DNA of 64,000 bases from Rotaria sordida (GCA_905250005.1 CAJNOH010000087.1:208393-272392), one strand, 5' to 3'; positions 36,451 to 52,566 are shown, numbered from the stretch's first letter. Translations and numbers: made by a program. The notes: generated from the letters alone by a model not told the origin.

Positions 36451-37097
36451 GCTCATTTTCGATTTGTCTTGCTGCTATTCACTTAATATCTGTTTTCTTT
36501 TTTTTAAATTATATTTTCAACGTTTATTATTATTAGTCTAATCATTGATTTAATGAACAGATAATCCTGTTGTACACATTCACTATATCTGCAGCAGATC
36601 TTAATAACATATTATGTATCTCGATGAACTCAGAAAGATTGAAATTAATTATTCCCGAAAGCTAGAATTTAATCGGTTCATCGACTCAAATCTACACTCA
36701 CTATTTGTTTTTTTGAAAATATATGTGGATTTCACAAAACCAACCAAGATGGTTATATTCTTTTAGTTTTTATACAAGACGATTTACTTAATTTTGTCTT
36801 TCTATTATGATAAAGATGTCGTTAGATGCATTTTAATGAATTGTATTGACTAGGACAACAAATTATTTCAAGTGTAGAAAACAATGAAATAAAATTTTCC
36901 ACCAATATAACTATCAATAAATGTGATATAAATGAAATGAATTTTGACTTTTGCTAGAACATATAAAAGTTCATGAGAGATTCCAGATTCTCCTCAAAAT
37001 ATGTCCTACACCAAGTTAAGTAGAATTTGAAAGCTCTTTATAAGTCTTTTGTTTTTTTAGAGAATGTAGGATTCATTTTAGATTTGGAATATCAGCA

Positions 37098-37984
37098 GTG
37101 TCACATATCTAGAATCTCGGGCATGCTGGAGAAGTGTAGGGAGATGCGAGAGAAGTGCATACTAGGGCGATGCAATAGAAATGTAGGGAAATGTGAGAGA
37201 AATGTGGGGAGATGTGAGAGAAGTGTAGGGAGATGTGAGAGAAGTGTGGGGAGGTGTGGGAGAAGTGTGGGGAGATGTGGGAGACGTGTGAGGAGATGTG
37301 AGAGAAATGTGGGGACATGTGGGAGAAGTGTAGAGAGATGTTGGAGAAGTGCGGGAGATGTGGGAGGGTGTGAGTGTGGGTGGGTGTGGGTATGGGTAAA
37401 TGTGGGTGTGGGTGGGTGTGGATGCGGGGTGTGTGGGTGTAGATGCGGGTGTGTGGGTGTGGGTATGGGTGAGTGTGGGTGTGGGTGGGTGTGGATGCGG
37501 GGTGTGTGGGTGTAGATGCGGGTGTGTGGGTGTGACTGTGGATAGAGTAAAGAAACACTCACACCCACATCCTCGCATCTCTAGGCATTTCTCTCACATC
37601 TCCTGCATACTTCTCCCGTATCTCCCGCACTTCTTCCACATCTATCCATACTTCTCTTGCATCTCCCCACATTTTTCCTACACCTTCAGACACTTCTCTT
37701 GCATCTCTCACACTTCTCCCGCATCTCTCCGCACTTCTCCCACATCTCCTCACACTTCCCCACATCTCTCCACACTTCTCTCGCATTTTCCTACACTTCT
37801 CGCACATCTCCCCACACTTCTTTCACATCTCCCCACACTTCTTTCACATCTCTCCACACTTCTCTCACATCTCCACGCACTTTTCTCGCGTCGCCCTACA
37901 CTTCTCTTGCATCTCCCTAGTATGCACTTCTCTCGCATCTCCCCACACTTCTCCAGCATGCCCGAGATTCTGGATATGTGACAC
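37098..37984. repeat. Palindromic minisatellite (21-bp units GGGAGATGTGAGAGAAGTGTR) whose inverted arms flank a G-rich telomere-like core.
   Basis: The left arm GTGTCACATATCTAGAATCTCGGGCATGCTGGAGAAG... at 37098- is the reverse complement of the right arm ending ...CTCCAGCATGCCCGAGATTCTGGATATGTGACAC at 37984. Between them lie tandem 21-mers. The overlapping 140-190 aa ORFs on both strands are artefacts of these repeats. Confidence 0.7.
37370..37540 (+). repeat. Interstitial tract of degenerate (TGTGGG)n-like repeats resembling a telomeric repeat.
   Basis: The tract reads GTGTGGGTGGGTGTGGGTATGGGT...GTGTGGGTGTGGGTGGGTGTGG and so on. The G-rich strand is on + only. A higher-order repeat of about 60 bp occurs twice. 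My recollection is that TGTGGG is the bdelloid rotifer telomere unit; this is unverified. Confidence 0.5.
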
Positions 37985-38309
37985 CACTCACTTTTACTAT
38001 TGTTGGAAATTTTACTTCGTAACTCGGGTTTTTTTTACCGTGAGCCATTTAAAGTAGCTTGCATTTCTTTTCAACATTTTGCTAGACGAAAGAAGGTTGG
38101 TGTTGTGCAATAACAAGAAATGAAAGAAAAACATTGAGGTTTTTTCCTTTTCTCTGTAGTGGGACAAACGTGTCGTCCCGCACAAATCTCATCTTCTCTT
38201 CTTACTACTTTCATTCTTCGATTTTTATAAGAAGATATTCGTTGACACGCACACATAATTGTTCATTATCGTTCATATAGATATATATGTATATAGGAAA
38301 AAAATTGAT

Positions 38310-41300
38310 ATGAGTTCGACTTCATCAAGTGCTATCGATGAAAACAATGCTGCAGGACCTGTCTATCGGATTCTACCGTATTATTATATACATGTATTAG
38401 ATCAGAACACCAATATTACACGCCTCGAAAATGGTCCGAAGACTTTTATTAAGCAGGACAATGAAACGGTAACAGTCGGCCCAGAAAAAATGATCATCAT
38501 TCCGTGAGTGCCTGCATGGTAAGGCGAAAAAGTAAAATATAATTTTTTTAAAATTCTTGTAGTCCACTACATTATTGCATTGTCGAATCGCCAGTGATAC
38601 GCAATGAGGAGGGTGAAGTAGAATTCGACCAGAATGGTCAAGCGAAATTGGCCCATGCCGATATCGATATTCGTCTGACACGACCTGATCAAATCCCGTT
38701 TCCTCTCTATCCAGGAGAAATTCTTCGCCAAGTATAAAATTTTGAAAAAGTTGTTTACTCGTATTAACTCTTATTTATAGCCTGTCACTGCACTTACAGT
38801 CGTTCCAGCTAATTCAGCACTGCGATTAAAAGCTGTACTCGATTTTGAAGATTCACATAAGGAACAACGACGAGCTGGTGATGAGTGGATGTTCGAAGGT
38901 CCAGCTACATACATTCCTCGTAAAGAAGTCAATGTCGAACAACAAATTAAAGCAACTATTACAGTCAATGTCCCTAATAACAACACTAAAAAAATTTTCT
39001 TCCTTGTTCAACTCGGTTCTCAGCTATTTTACACTCGACTAAAAATACTTTTATATATGCATAATCTATGGAGTTTCCTCTTTCAAATGGTATAACAGCG
39101 GTCTTTCTCTGAAATGCAATGGCGGAGAAATCAGCGGTCTACGATAACGAACTGCTACTGTTGTTATTAGGGACAGTTTCCCTAATAACAACACTCAGCT
39201 ATTTTTTGTCCCTAGTAACAACACTTAAGCAAAATTTAAGCCAAATCAGACTTTTTAAGAGAAAAAACTTTTTTTTACGCGTTTTCTTTGAAAAACAAGC
39301 AGAGACTCCGCTGACAACTTTGTAGAGCATGTCAAACTCTATCTAAATCTAAAGGTTCATGAGAAAAAAAATTTCCTTTAATGAGATATAAAATCTAAAA
39401 GGAACATGTCTAACAGTGTCCAAAAAATAGGTGACCCTAATAACAACACCAAGCTAATTTTTGTCCCTAATAACAACACCTCCACCGAAATTGGTGTATG
39501 AGTGTGCATAAAACAAAAACTAATTTCCATTTTAATAGCTTGATGGATTGTGATCGTTTTTCACAACTTTATTTCATTTTTCATGATAGGTCAATTTTTT
39601 GTGCCTGGGGTACCCCTCAGGTATTCGAAAAAATATTTTTGTTCTCGTTTGAGTTCTCACATTTATAAATCGATAGAACTCAGTGTTCTGATTACGAATG
39701 TTATGTTATTTTTCAAAATTCATCGAGTAATAAGAAAAATCTAGACCATTCAAGACAGGCATAAAAATCAGTTTTTGGCTTATAAGACCATTATTATCCG
39801 TCTAAAACACGTTGGAAATAAGCTCATTCGACGCAGAAGTTTTTTCTCTATCAGAATGTATATAAGGCTTTAGGAAACAATTATGTTTTTCAATCAATAA
39901 TTATCGAATACCGGGTCCAATGGGTCTCTATGGTCATTTACTATGATTTTTTCCAGCTTGTGGGAATATAGTTTACTCAGGCACATCATCGAGATTTTTT
40001 TACCACAAACATAATTCAATGAGCTCTTTCTCGTAAAACTATTTTCGACTTAAAATTTAAGAATAAAAAAAAGGTCAAAAAAACACTGTTGGGGACTATA
40101 GAGCACCATTGGGCTCGGTATTCAATAATTATCGATTGAAAAACATAATTGTTTCCTAAAGCCTTATATACATTCTGATAGAGAAAAAACTTCTGCGTCG
40201 AATGAGCTTATTTCCAACGTGTTTTAGACGGATAATAATGGTCTTATAAGCCAAAAACTGATTTTTATGCCTGTCTTGAATGGTCTAGATTTTTCTTATT
40301 ACTCGATGAATTTTGAAAAATAACATAACATTCGTAATCAGAACACTGAGTTCTATCGATTTATAAATGTGAGAACTCAAACGAGAACAAAAATATTTTT
40401 TCGAATACCTGAGGGGTACCCCAGGCACAAAAAATTGACCTATCATGAAAAATGAAATAAAGTTGTGAAAAACGATCACAATCCATCAAGCTATTAAAAT
40501 GGAAATTAGTTTTTGTTTTATGCACACTCATACACCAATTTCGGTGGAGGTGTTGTTATTAGGGACAAAAATTAGCTTGGTGTTGTTATTAGGGTCACCT
40601 ATTTTTTGGACACTGTTAGACATGTTCCTTTTAGATTTTGTATCTCATTAAAGGAAATTTTTTTTCTCATGAACCTTTAGATTTAGATAGAGTTTGACAT
40701 GCTCTACAAAGTTGTCAGCGGAGTCTCTGCTTGTTTCTCAAAGAAAACGCGTGAAAAAAAGTTTTTTCTCTTAAAAAGTCTGATTTGGCTTAAATTTTGC
40801 TTAAGTGTTGTTACTAGGGACAAAAAATAGCTGAGTGTTGTTATTAGGGAAACTGTCCCTAATAACAACAGTAGCAGTTCGTTATCGTAGACCGCTGATT
40901 TCTCCGCCATTGCATTTCAGAGAAAGACCGCTGTTATACCATTTGAAAGAGGAAACTCCATAGATTATGCATATATAAAAGTATTTTCAGTCGAGTGTAA
41001 AATAGCTGAGAACCGAGTTGAACAAGGAAGAAAATTTTTTTAGTGTTATTATTAGGGACATTGACTGTATTGGTCCTAATCAAGCTATTCGACTTTGCGC
41101 CGAAAAAGAACTTATTGATCGATCAGGTCAACATCGTGTCACTGGCGAAGAGTGGTTAGTCAAAAAGACCGGTGCTTATTTGCCACTAGCCTATGTAAAT
41201 TCTCTAGTATTTTGTTTTCCTCATTACCTATCTATTTCGATTGTTTAGGAAACGATTGTATTAGTTCAAGATGCCTATGCTTTAACTGAGAAGAAAGCTC

Positions 41301-43513
41301 TTCATCTTCGAGCCCTTAAAACTTTCATTGACGATTTTGGTAAAAAACGTTTGAGTGGAGAAGAATGGCTTGCAACGCATATTGATACGGAAACACACAT
41401 CCTCAGTATATATGAAGAACTTGTTGCCGTTGTCGATGCAATCACACTCAATTCACGACAGTATTGTGTTATTCTCGATCCCGTTATCGATAGTAAACCA
41501 CAACTTGGAAGAAAGGTCGATATTTTATTAAGAGATAAATATAAGAAACTATGATTTAATTATTTTATTTAGAAAATGATCTTTGGTGAAATATCATTCT
41601 TTCTCCAACCGGGCGAAAAACTCTTGACAGGCATTCAAAATATTTTTATTTTGGATGAAGACGAAGGTGTTATTGTCAAATGTAATGAAACATTCGAAGA
41701 TGAACAAGCAAAGAAAATACGTACTCCGGGTGATCTATGGATGATTCGAGGACCAACGTAAGTTACTTTTTCTTTATTAAATAACATTTTGAATATGTAG
41801 CTATTTTATTTGAATTCTTAGTGAATATATTCCACCTACTCAAGTAGAAGTTGTCACTCGACGAAAGGCAATTCCATTAGATGAAAATGAAGGCATCTAT
41901 ATTCGTAATATCAAAAGTGGTCGTGTTCGAGCAGTCATCGGTGAAACTTACATGTTAACACAAGATGAAGAACTTTGGAATAAAGAATTATCCGAACAAA
42001 TCGAATATTTGCTTACGCGTGATCCATTAACCGAACGCTATTCTCTTATGCGTGAATCGGCTTCAGCCAAAAATGCATCGACAGCTACTGCCTTTAATAG
42101 TCAATCAAACAGTTCGAAATCAATTACTACCAAACGTGACAAATGGAAATTGATCACATATCGTGTTCCACATAATGCAGCCGTTCAAATCTATGATTAC
42201 AAACTAAAGAAAGCTCGCATTGTCTTCGGTCCAGAACTTGTCATGCTTGAACCTGATGAACATTTTAGTCTGATTTCTCTAAGTGGTGGCATACCCAAAT
42301 GTCCTAATCAAGTTAACTCCCTTTGTTTACTACTCGGTCCAAATTTCTTTACTGATATCATCGTCATTGAGACGGCCGATCATGCTCGTCTTTCCCTTCA
42401 ACTTGCTTATAGTAAGTCAAAAACACAGCAAAAACATTCAAAAATATACGTGATTGATTATTCTTTATTTTCCAGACTGGCACTTTGAAGTGAAAGACAT
42501 AAATGATAAGAGAGAAGCGGCTAAACTCTTTTCAGTGCCTGATTTTGTCGGGGATACATGCAAAGCTATTGCTTCACGTATTCGTGGTGCTGTAGCTGGT
42601 ACTCAATTTGATGATTTCCATAGGAACTCCGCTCACATCATTCGTGAATCTGTATTCGGTCTTGATGCAAATCAGTGTGTACGTGATCAAATTGTCTTTC
42701 CACAAAATAATCTTGTCATTACATCGATCGACATTCAAAGTGTTGAACCTGTCGATCAACGTACGCGTGATGCGCTACACAAGAGTGTGCAACTGGCCAT
42801 TGAGGTATGATATTGAATTGTTCGTCTCAATCGAAATGCAAGCAACACTTTCTATTTTAGATAACGACGAATTCACAAGAAGCTGCTGCTAAACATGAAG
42901 CTTCACGTCGCGAACAAGAAGCTAGAGGTTTTTTAGAACGACAACGTATCAAAAATGAAGCTGAAGCCGAACAGATTCGACAACTACTACTCGAATCACA
43001 AGCTCTATCGGCGGCAATCGAATTAACTGGTCAAACCAAAGCAGAAGCTATAAGTCGTGCTGAATCGAAGCGTATTGAAGGCGAAACAGCCGTTTACCAA
43101 GGTATATACTTTGTTACATTTAAATAATGAATACCTGAGCTTTTTTTTCTTGGTCCATTGCAGCGCGTCGTAAAGCTGAAGCAACCAAAATCGAAGCTGA
43201 AGCTGAATTGGCCCGTTTAAAATTAGTACGTGAAGCTGAAATCAAGTTTTTACGCGAACAAAACGAACTAGAAATTAAGAAAAAAGCCGAGTTGTCTCGA
43301 ATTGAAACTGAAAAATTCAAATTACAAGTCGAATCAATCGGTACTTCGACTATTCAAAGTATTGCTACATCAGGTCCCGAAACTCAAGTCAAACTTTTGC
43401 AAGCACTCGGAATACAATCGATGCTCGTCACCGATGGCAAAAATCCGATCAATCTCATGGACTTTGGACAAGGTCTACTCGGGAGTTTAACAGCTCGTCA
43501 TGTAATCAACTAA
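38310..43513 (+). CDS. MVP: Major vault protein, about 876 aa, 9 exons. Exon 3 is interrupted by a 2.1-kb foldback element.
   Basis: Colinear match to the MVP sequence I know: [25 protein letters not shown]..; [80 protein letters not shown]..; [14 protein letters not shown]; and the C-terminal coiled coil ..[28 protein letters not shown]. Exons: 38310..38503, 38563..38731, 38781..38961 joined to 41070..41194, 41249..41515 (weak G|GTCGAT donor), 41573..41757, 41822..42411, 42476..42804, 42861..43101 and 43164..43513. Confidence 0.9.
38962..41067. mobile_element. Non-autonomous long-inverted-repeat (foldback) element, Tc1/mariner-like, inserted in the MVP coding exon. It has TA target-site duplications and CAGT termini.
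   Basis: Arms of about 1 kb are near-perfect reverse complements. Identical small ORFs 39119..39325(+)/40704..40910(-) and 39550..39744(+)/40285..40479(-) arise from these arms. The termini are CAGTCAATGTCCCTAATAACAACAC...GTGTTATTATTAGGGACATTGACTG. TA occurs at 38960-61 and 41068-69. A subterminal motif TCCCTAATAACAACAC is repeated at least 4 times per arm. Removing the element while keeping one TA joins ..KATI to [14 protein letters not shown].. in frame, which aligns gap-free with MVP ..[18 protein letters not shown].. Confidence 0.8.
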
Positions 43514-45707
43514 TAGTAAACAATTGCTGCCACTAGTTGCCATATTTCAAGAACGTGCATAAACAGACTATATACTGTTTTACTGGCTTCGTAGAAAAAA
43601 ATTGCTTCTGATATGTCATATTGGTTTTCCAAGTTGTGTTACCTATGTTGCTCGATCGTTGTCTTGTCCTTTTGTAGATTGTTTGAATATTTCAGAAAGA
43701 ATAAAAATCATGAACTATATTTTAAATGAACTACTCGTTATGAAGATGGAGATTGCCTGTATTGTTCACTTAACGATTGATTAGCTCTTTGGGAACGGGT
43801 GACCCTACATGGGGTCACAGTATTTGTTTAGTATTTTAAAATACATAGATTCCTATGTAATATCAGTTTTCATGAAAGCATTTATCAGAGACTTTTCTGA
43901 TATAATTCAGGTTATAATTAGATTATTTTTTCTGATAATCAATAATGGATGATAAATGTAACACAGTTGATTTTTAGAAAAAATTCTGCTAAAGTCTAAA
44001 ATCTTTGCAAGAAGTATTTCAAGTTTTTTCAGCAATTGTTTAAAATTAATTTGAATTGAAACAGATATTGAAACGAATTATTTTTGTTTAGTTATCTAAC
44101 AGTTGTGTGTGAGTGTAGATGATGAGAAGACCGACACTGACAACTATACCTATACCTGCGCACATCCACACCCTTCATAAAACCTATTACATCTATCAAC
44201 GACGTATTTGAAAATTTTTTTTTAAGCTCCTTTAACAGAGGCGTATACGTAAGTAGCTCGAAATTTGACGGTTTGATTTTGCCAGATAACTTATATTATT
44301 CTGAAACATGATTTGAAACTTCGATGTCTAAAGAAGAAACTATCATAAACTCGAAAACTATTATGGTTTTCTATTACTCATCGAAAGCTACTCATTAACA
44401 AAAGCTTCGCTTACAAAGTAACCATCACATGACAAACTGTCTTTGTCAGAAAAAACAAGATTCGACAAAGATGTCATGATGTTAAATACACAAAACAGTA
44501 GAGTAGATATTTATTTATTGGCTGACTGCTTTCATTTGGCTACTGTTCGTGCAGTACTGGTCTTCGTATGACTCTCGATTAATCAACCAGTCTGCTAGAG
44601 TTCTGTATAGAGTGAGTATAGTGTATGTTCTTTAGGTGCTGTACTGTTTTCGATGTCAGCCCATTTCACGTGCTTATCGAATTCTGCAGTTTGAATCCTT
44701 GATAGACTATTGACATTGGCTTTGAAAAACGCGGTTCGTCGGTCAGCCTCTACATCACCAGCATCCTGTTTTTTAGTCTGCTTGTCGCTCGATTGAAAAA
44801 TCTATAACAAAAGACAGAAGAAAAGAATTTATTTCATTCTAACGTCTAAAAATAGTTTCTTCTTTTTTTAACATGATAATATCAAATTGTATCAATTCAT
44901 CGGTTTATTTTCGTTTAAATAGATGCCGAATGATCAACATAGAATATCGAAATGCTTTCCTTCATGTCAAGTTCATTGTTCCGATTAGGGTAGATCCTTA
45001 CATTTTTGAACGTGTATATAAATTTTGTACAAATACACGAACTGTCATTCAAAAATGCTCTAGCAAGCGAGAGATCTATATACATATATACTTTTTTGCT
45101 TAATGAAATACATATGAAGGTGTAGAACTTTAAATTTCATATTCTCAAAATTTCACATTCGATTTAAGTATACAAAAGTGAACAACTAAATAATTTTGAA
45201 GTAACTACATTGACTAGTTCGGATCACGATCAGAGTAGGCCTAAAAATGAATATCTACAGCGCAGAAAATATCAATTTGTTTTTCTTATAATAATTCCAT
45301 AGGTCTTTGAAAATCTGTCGCTCAACCCAATGTATGAAAGTTTTATATCATGAGCGTCAGATGACCTAAACAATTGGGTAAAAATGGTATTATCCAGGTA
45401 ACCCTCGCTGATACTGTTATCATTTCATCGTCTTAATCACATTACATCTTGTCTTCTATTTGGTGCGATCATCTTCTGATAATCTTTTTATTCTACATAT
45501 GGCATAATCATCGTTATATAAAGTATTGTTCCAGATATAGCATGATTCTATAAGTTTATATTCTAACACATATGAAATACATACATTTTCCTTATCTTTT
45601 TCGCTCTTCCTTTTTTCTCTTCCTATTATTATTGTTCTTGGTCCTATACATTTTGATTCTGTTTCTTAATAAACTATATAATCAGTGCTAACAAATGCTA
45701 AGAGTCA

Positions 45708-47929
<2,222 letters not shown>

Positions 47930-50900
47930 TGAATATTTCAGATCTTCTTTCTATATCAATTTCACAAAAACCTAGTGATTTACTTTTTTTAACTACTTGA
48001 ATACATGATGGGCATACGAATAGTTATGATTCGAAATACAGTGATCCACACAAACCTGCTATTTAGAGTCACAAGCATTAAGTCACCTTTTAGTCGTAGT
48101 TGGAACCAATGACACAAGTACTTGTCAAGCATTTTACACAATATAATTCGACTGCAGGAAAACTACTCATATAATCGATATTACATGCGAAGGAACTTAT
48201 ATAAGAATGATCTATAGTGCAATGATCCAAAGTACATCGGAATCATTTCACCAAGATCCTACTAATTGAACTGCCCTTATCTTGTTCTGAAGATCTCACT
48301 AGAAATATAGCATTACAGAAATATGATAACCTTAAAATATTTTCTCAGTGGTTATAGACATTGTCCTGGCATAAACATACTTTTTGGTCAAAAAAAAATT
48401 TATTCATTGCATGTTCCGCCTGGAATCTGTGATATATTTGTACGACTCCAATTGCCAGGCTCCATCCGAAACAGATCTCATTGGGAAGAGAAGTCAACAA
48501 ACGATTTCCATATATTGTTTGAATTGCACCTTGGTAGCTTCTTTTAGAGAACGTATGTCAAAGTGTCGAAATCTCCATACTTTTGAGAAGATACAAAATA
48601 ACATGTTTTGATCGAAGTATGTTGGATCAAAGATACTCATTAAATTAACGATAGAAAATTAAATTTTACCATTGACAAGCGTGCACTAAAAAAGAGGCTC
48701 AAAGCTTCTAGAGTGAATCGATTCCTCGAGACAAGAAACTCAGGTCTGCATCTAAATATCAATATTAATTCAATTTAGAGTGGACATTGTTGTGGCTGCT
48801 TGCGAGCATGTGCCTGATTTTGAAGAGAAAATCCAATCTCAATTTCACCTCCATTCACTCTCACACACCGATACTCACATTGGAGAAAGTATATCTTTAT
48901 TCAGCATATCACGTGTAAGCTGGAATTAGACGGATGACATCATACTATTTCTGACAGCTCTATTGTTGAGAATGAAATATTCATTGAACAACTTCTGCAA
49001 AAAGCACATCTCATTAAGTCTCACTGGCAAAATTAAATCCTATGGAAGCTCATTTCTTAATAGTTCGAAGTTTGATTATCAACTATACCACAGATATGAA
49101 GTGGAGCTTCAAGTTCGAGTAGCATGGGTTGTCTAAGGAAGATCTCTTTTGATTTGGCACATAAAATCTTCATTGCTTCTTCTGACGTATTGGCCATCTG
49201 ACCTGATGAATAACATCCACGCACTTCGAAGAAGAAAAATTATTATCGAATATCGGCGAAGAGCAGACAAATATACAGACTTTCAAGAAGCCGCTCAATT
49301 AGACTGTCAATGTTCAACTGAGAATCATCACCATTGTTTGCCATAATGTATTGTTTGTGTCTGTCAGGAGACGAAATTTTGATAATCTCTGAATTTCTAA
49401 TGTGTATCTTAAATTAAACATAGTTCGTACTATATGTTCATGAAGAAGCATAAATAGAAACAGAACTCATTGATATAAATTTCCTTTTAAAAAATATAAA
49501 CATGCTACCTTTTGTTCAATTCGAGAAGTTTTTGTTAGAAACAAGTAGAAAAATAAAAGCTCCGTATGACTCTGTTCAAAAAGTTTTTTAATCGGATACA
49601 GGAAGGATTACATGTAAGATAAGAAGTCAATAAAACACCATGCATTGTATACAAATAGAATGCATCACTTATTTGCAGTTCAGTACCACAAAAATGATAT
49701 AGTCATCATCAATCTAGTTCTCTCATTATCAGTTTTACCTCTTACGCCATTGTCAATGTAAATACTCTCATCGTTTTCTCAGAATTGTGAATATTCTACA
49801 ATCAAATTATTAATGTATAGCTGCTTCCGACCTGTCCTACCAATACAAATGATAGAAATTGTAACTAAATAAGCAACTGTACTTAAAAATGATAATAGAT
49901 TGGTTAGAGATGCTGGAGGTTACTGATAGTAAGAATTTCTTGTTTTCCATAGAACCATCAACGGATGCAACTGTTCGTCCAATATAAACAATTGATCGAT
50001 TTATCATTTTTCGTACTAAATCCATCAATTGAAGTATTGGAGACACAGTCGTCAAAAATTCCATAAGATATATATGACGAATACTTTAAATATAAGTTTA
50101 CTGTTCCATGTTTTTGCTTCTGCGAGCATACAGAGTAGTGTAGATGAGCTTAGTTTTTCATATGAACTTCGAAACGTAATATAGAGTCGATGGCACTAAT
50201 GATTTTCTATTTTCGTTTCAAAATTCATTAATTTTATTCGTGCTCTTCGCAAGTTTTTGTGCATGCATGAATCTGCACCGAGAAAAACAGAAAACCTTAG
50301 CTTATATCTATATTCCATTTTTCTTCTTTCAAATCGAAAAAAAGAGTTTAGAATGAAAGACAAAGACTCACATAAATTATTGCTGCACATACATGCTTAC
50401 TATTCAAAAACAACAGTGATGCTGACAATAACAAATGAAAACACTATAGAAGCTGACTGGAAAAATGAGCAAGAAGAAACTGGAGGAGAACAGAAAAAGT
50501 AATTGCAGGCAAATGATTGGATGAACCGAAAGAGGTCAGCAAAGTATAGCATTAAACAAGGTATAAATCCAAAATAGTAGTTATTTCGACTACTCTGCTT
50601 TTGCTTTTCGCACTTATCATGGGAAAACACTGCATGCATGAGCTTCGAACCCTTGTTGGCATGCTAAAGAAAAGCGTTAATCTTATGAAACTTGTGAGCT
50701 TTTGTGAACGTGTTCTACGTCCTATGACCTACCACAAGAATCCACAAACTTAATTAGGATTCGATAGTTACTTTTATAGGTTATGTATCAAATTTCTAGA
50801 AGACCTCGTTGTCGTAAAAATTTCCTGATATATTTCTCCATTGCTCAACGGAATCACTATCAGATATTTATTCTTCATCAGTATGTGACTAAAGGAAGAA

Positions 50901-52566
50901 AGCAGCGGATCTCACCTCGTCAAAATTTCAAAGATTTTTCAAAGTCTTGAAGAGATTTTCGCAAACCAGTGATGTCTCTTTTGTTTCTCCTAGGATAATT
51001 ACAAACGATTTATCCTTCAAATCTGATTTCACTTTATCTATACAAGTAAAATATTTTTTCGATTAATTAGTTTTGAATTAAACTAAATTAATTCATGTAT
51101 TTATTTTCTAATCAGAAATATTTTCATCATCATTGTAAAAATGATTTATTTCCTTTTTTTTTTATCTCTGACAAAATCTTCAGTTTTTAAATGATTTTCA
51201 TATTTATCTTGTCGAACAAACATTTTCTCGTTTCATTTTCTATTTGCATAATAATAATTATTTTTTTAAAACTATTCAAACAAATTTTCATCAAGATTTC
51301 TTTATTTGAAGAATCATTGTTAAAGTATATCTATCGTTATGTCGTTTCTTTGTTTTTAAAGAATTTGTTAATGATATATAATGCAAATAATCACAATTGT
51401 GAATAGTATTTTATTCTACAGAATATTTGATAAAGATAAAAGTACGATCATATGATGACAAATCAATTGTTATAATTATTTTATGCAAATTCAGATGGTG
51501 AGACACACTAAGCTTTTTTTGTTTGTAATTATCAGAGCTATTCTAATATACAAGAAGCTAGTCTCGACATCGTCTTAGTCATAGAGAACTTTTGTTTTGC
51601 ATTATTGATGATTATTTCATCGATTTTGTTTCAAATAAAATCAATTCTAAATTTCAGTCTAAGATATAAAATCTGTGCTACTGTCTAAAAGATCATTGGA
51701 TTAGTTAAAAAAAAACCAATATTCTCTATTCACTGTCAATATCATAGATGTAATTATTTTAATACTTCTCACATTCATTATGTGCTTACAGATAAATTCG
51801 TGCTAACAACTTTTTTTCCATTTTTTTGTTATTATTCTGTTCATAGAACACAGTCTGTTTAAATGTTGTGTAATCCTCTTTTTAATGATAAAGAGAAGAA
51901 ACGAATTAATTGTCTATTAAGTCATTTAATCCTCCGACAATGCCGGATTCATATCGATGATTTATCAATAAGTTATTTAATAATAGTGTTCCAAATTATT
52001 GTGAACTGAGTCCGATCTTGAGTTATGGAAGTTAATCATTGGTATCGTTGGAGATAGTTCTTCAGTCGATTACATCAAAGTAGTGAAAGAACGTTGTTAT
52101 TATGCAAATGAATATGATTTGACACAAGATCTATTAGCATCTGTTTATCTTTATAGAATGAAATGGAATGATGATATTTTTTACCGAGTACTTAGTACTG
52201 CTCTTCATACAAAAAGATCAGAATACACTCAAACATTGATTAGCTGTTACCAAGCTCTTTAATATGTTCTGGAAACGACTGCCTCACTTCAAACAAAACA
52301 TTCGGTCTAGACGAAAAATGCAAGAAAGGATATGTGACGTTTTATTCTCAGTTCGATTTAGTACAATTTGATAAAGGAAAGGAGAATGATGAGAGCAATG
52401 ACGTTACTTTTTTTTTCTTTTACTATGCCTCGTCATCTAGGTATGTCCTTCGATCGCTCTTTCTTCCTTTCTCACTTCTGATTTGTTTTTTTGCTCACTC
52501 ATGATTACATATGTATATATCATTCTTATTTAAATAAGGACCTTCTCACATAAAAAATTAAACAAA

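Noticed and set aside
37027-37981. Several overlapping ORFs of 140-190 aa on both strands, rich in Pro, His and Thr (HTHTHPHPH.. and MREKCG..).
   Set aside because: They are artefacts of translating the 21-bp minisatellite and the TGTGGG-like repeats in all frames. They overlap one another on both strands and lack any domain-like composition.
38259-38309. ORF-track starts for 38259, 41018 and 42454, where an M is given for TTG or GTG codons.
   Set aside because: The track appears to allow bacterial alternative start codons. In this eukaryotic gene the real initiator is the ATG at 38310, and the others are internal exon sequence.
39119-40910. Identical ORF pairs 39119..39325(+)/40704..40910(-) and 39550..39744(+)/40285..40479(-).
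   Set aside because: They are generated by the two arms of the foldback element being reverse complements. They are short, low-complexity and have no transposase motifs. They are not genes.
41516-41572. A possible MVP termination at ..[14 protein letters not shown] rather than splicing.
   Set aside because: Downstream exons continue the MVP sequence colinearly (SFFLQPGE onward). The intron is required even though the donor (G|GTCGAT) is weak.
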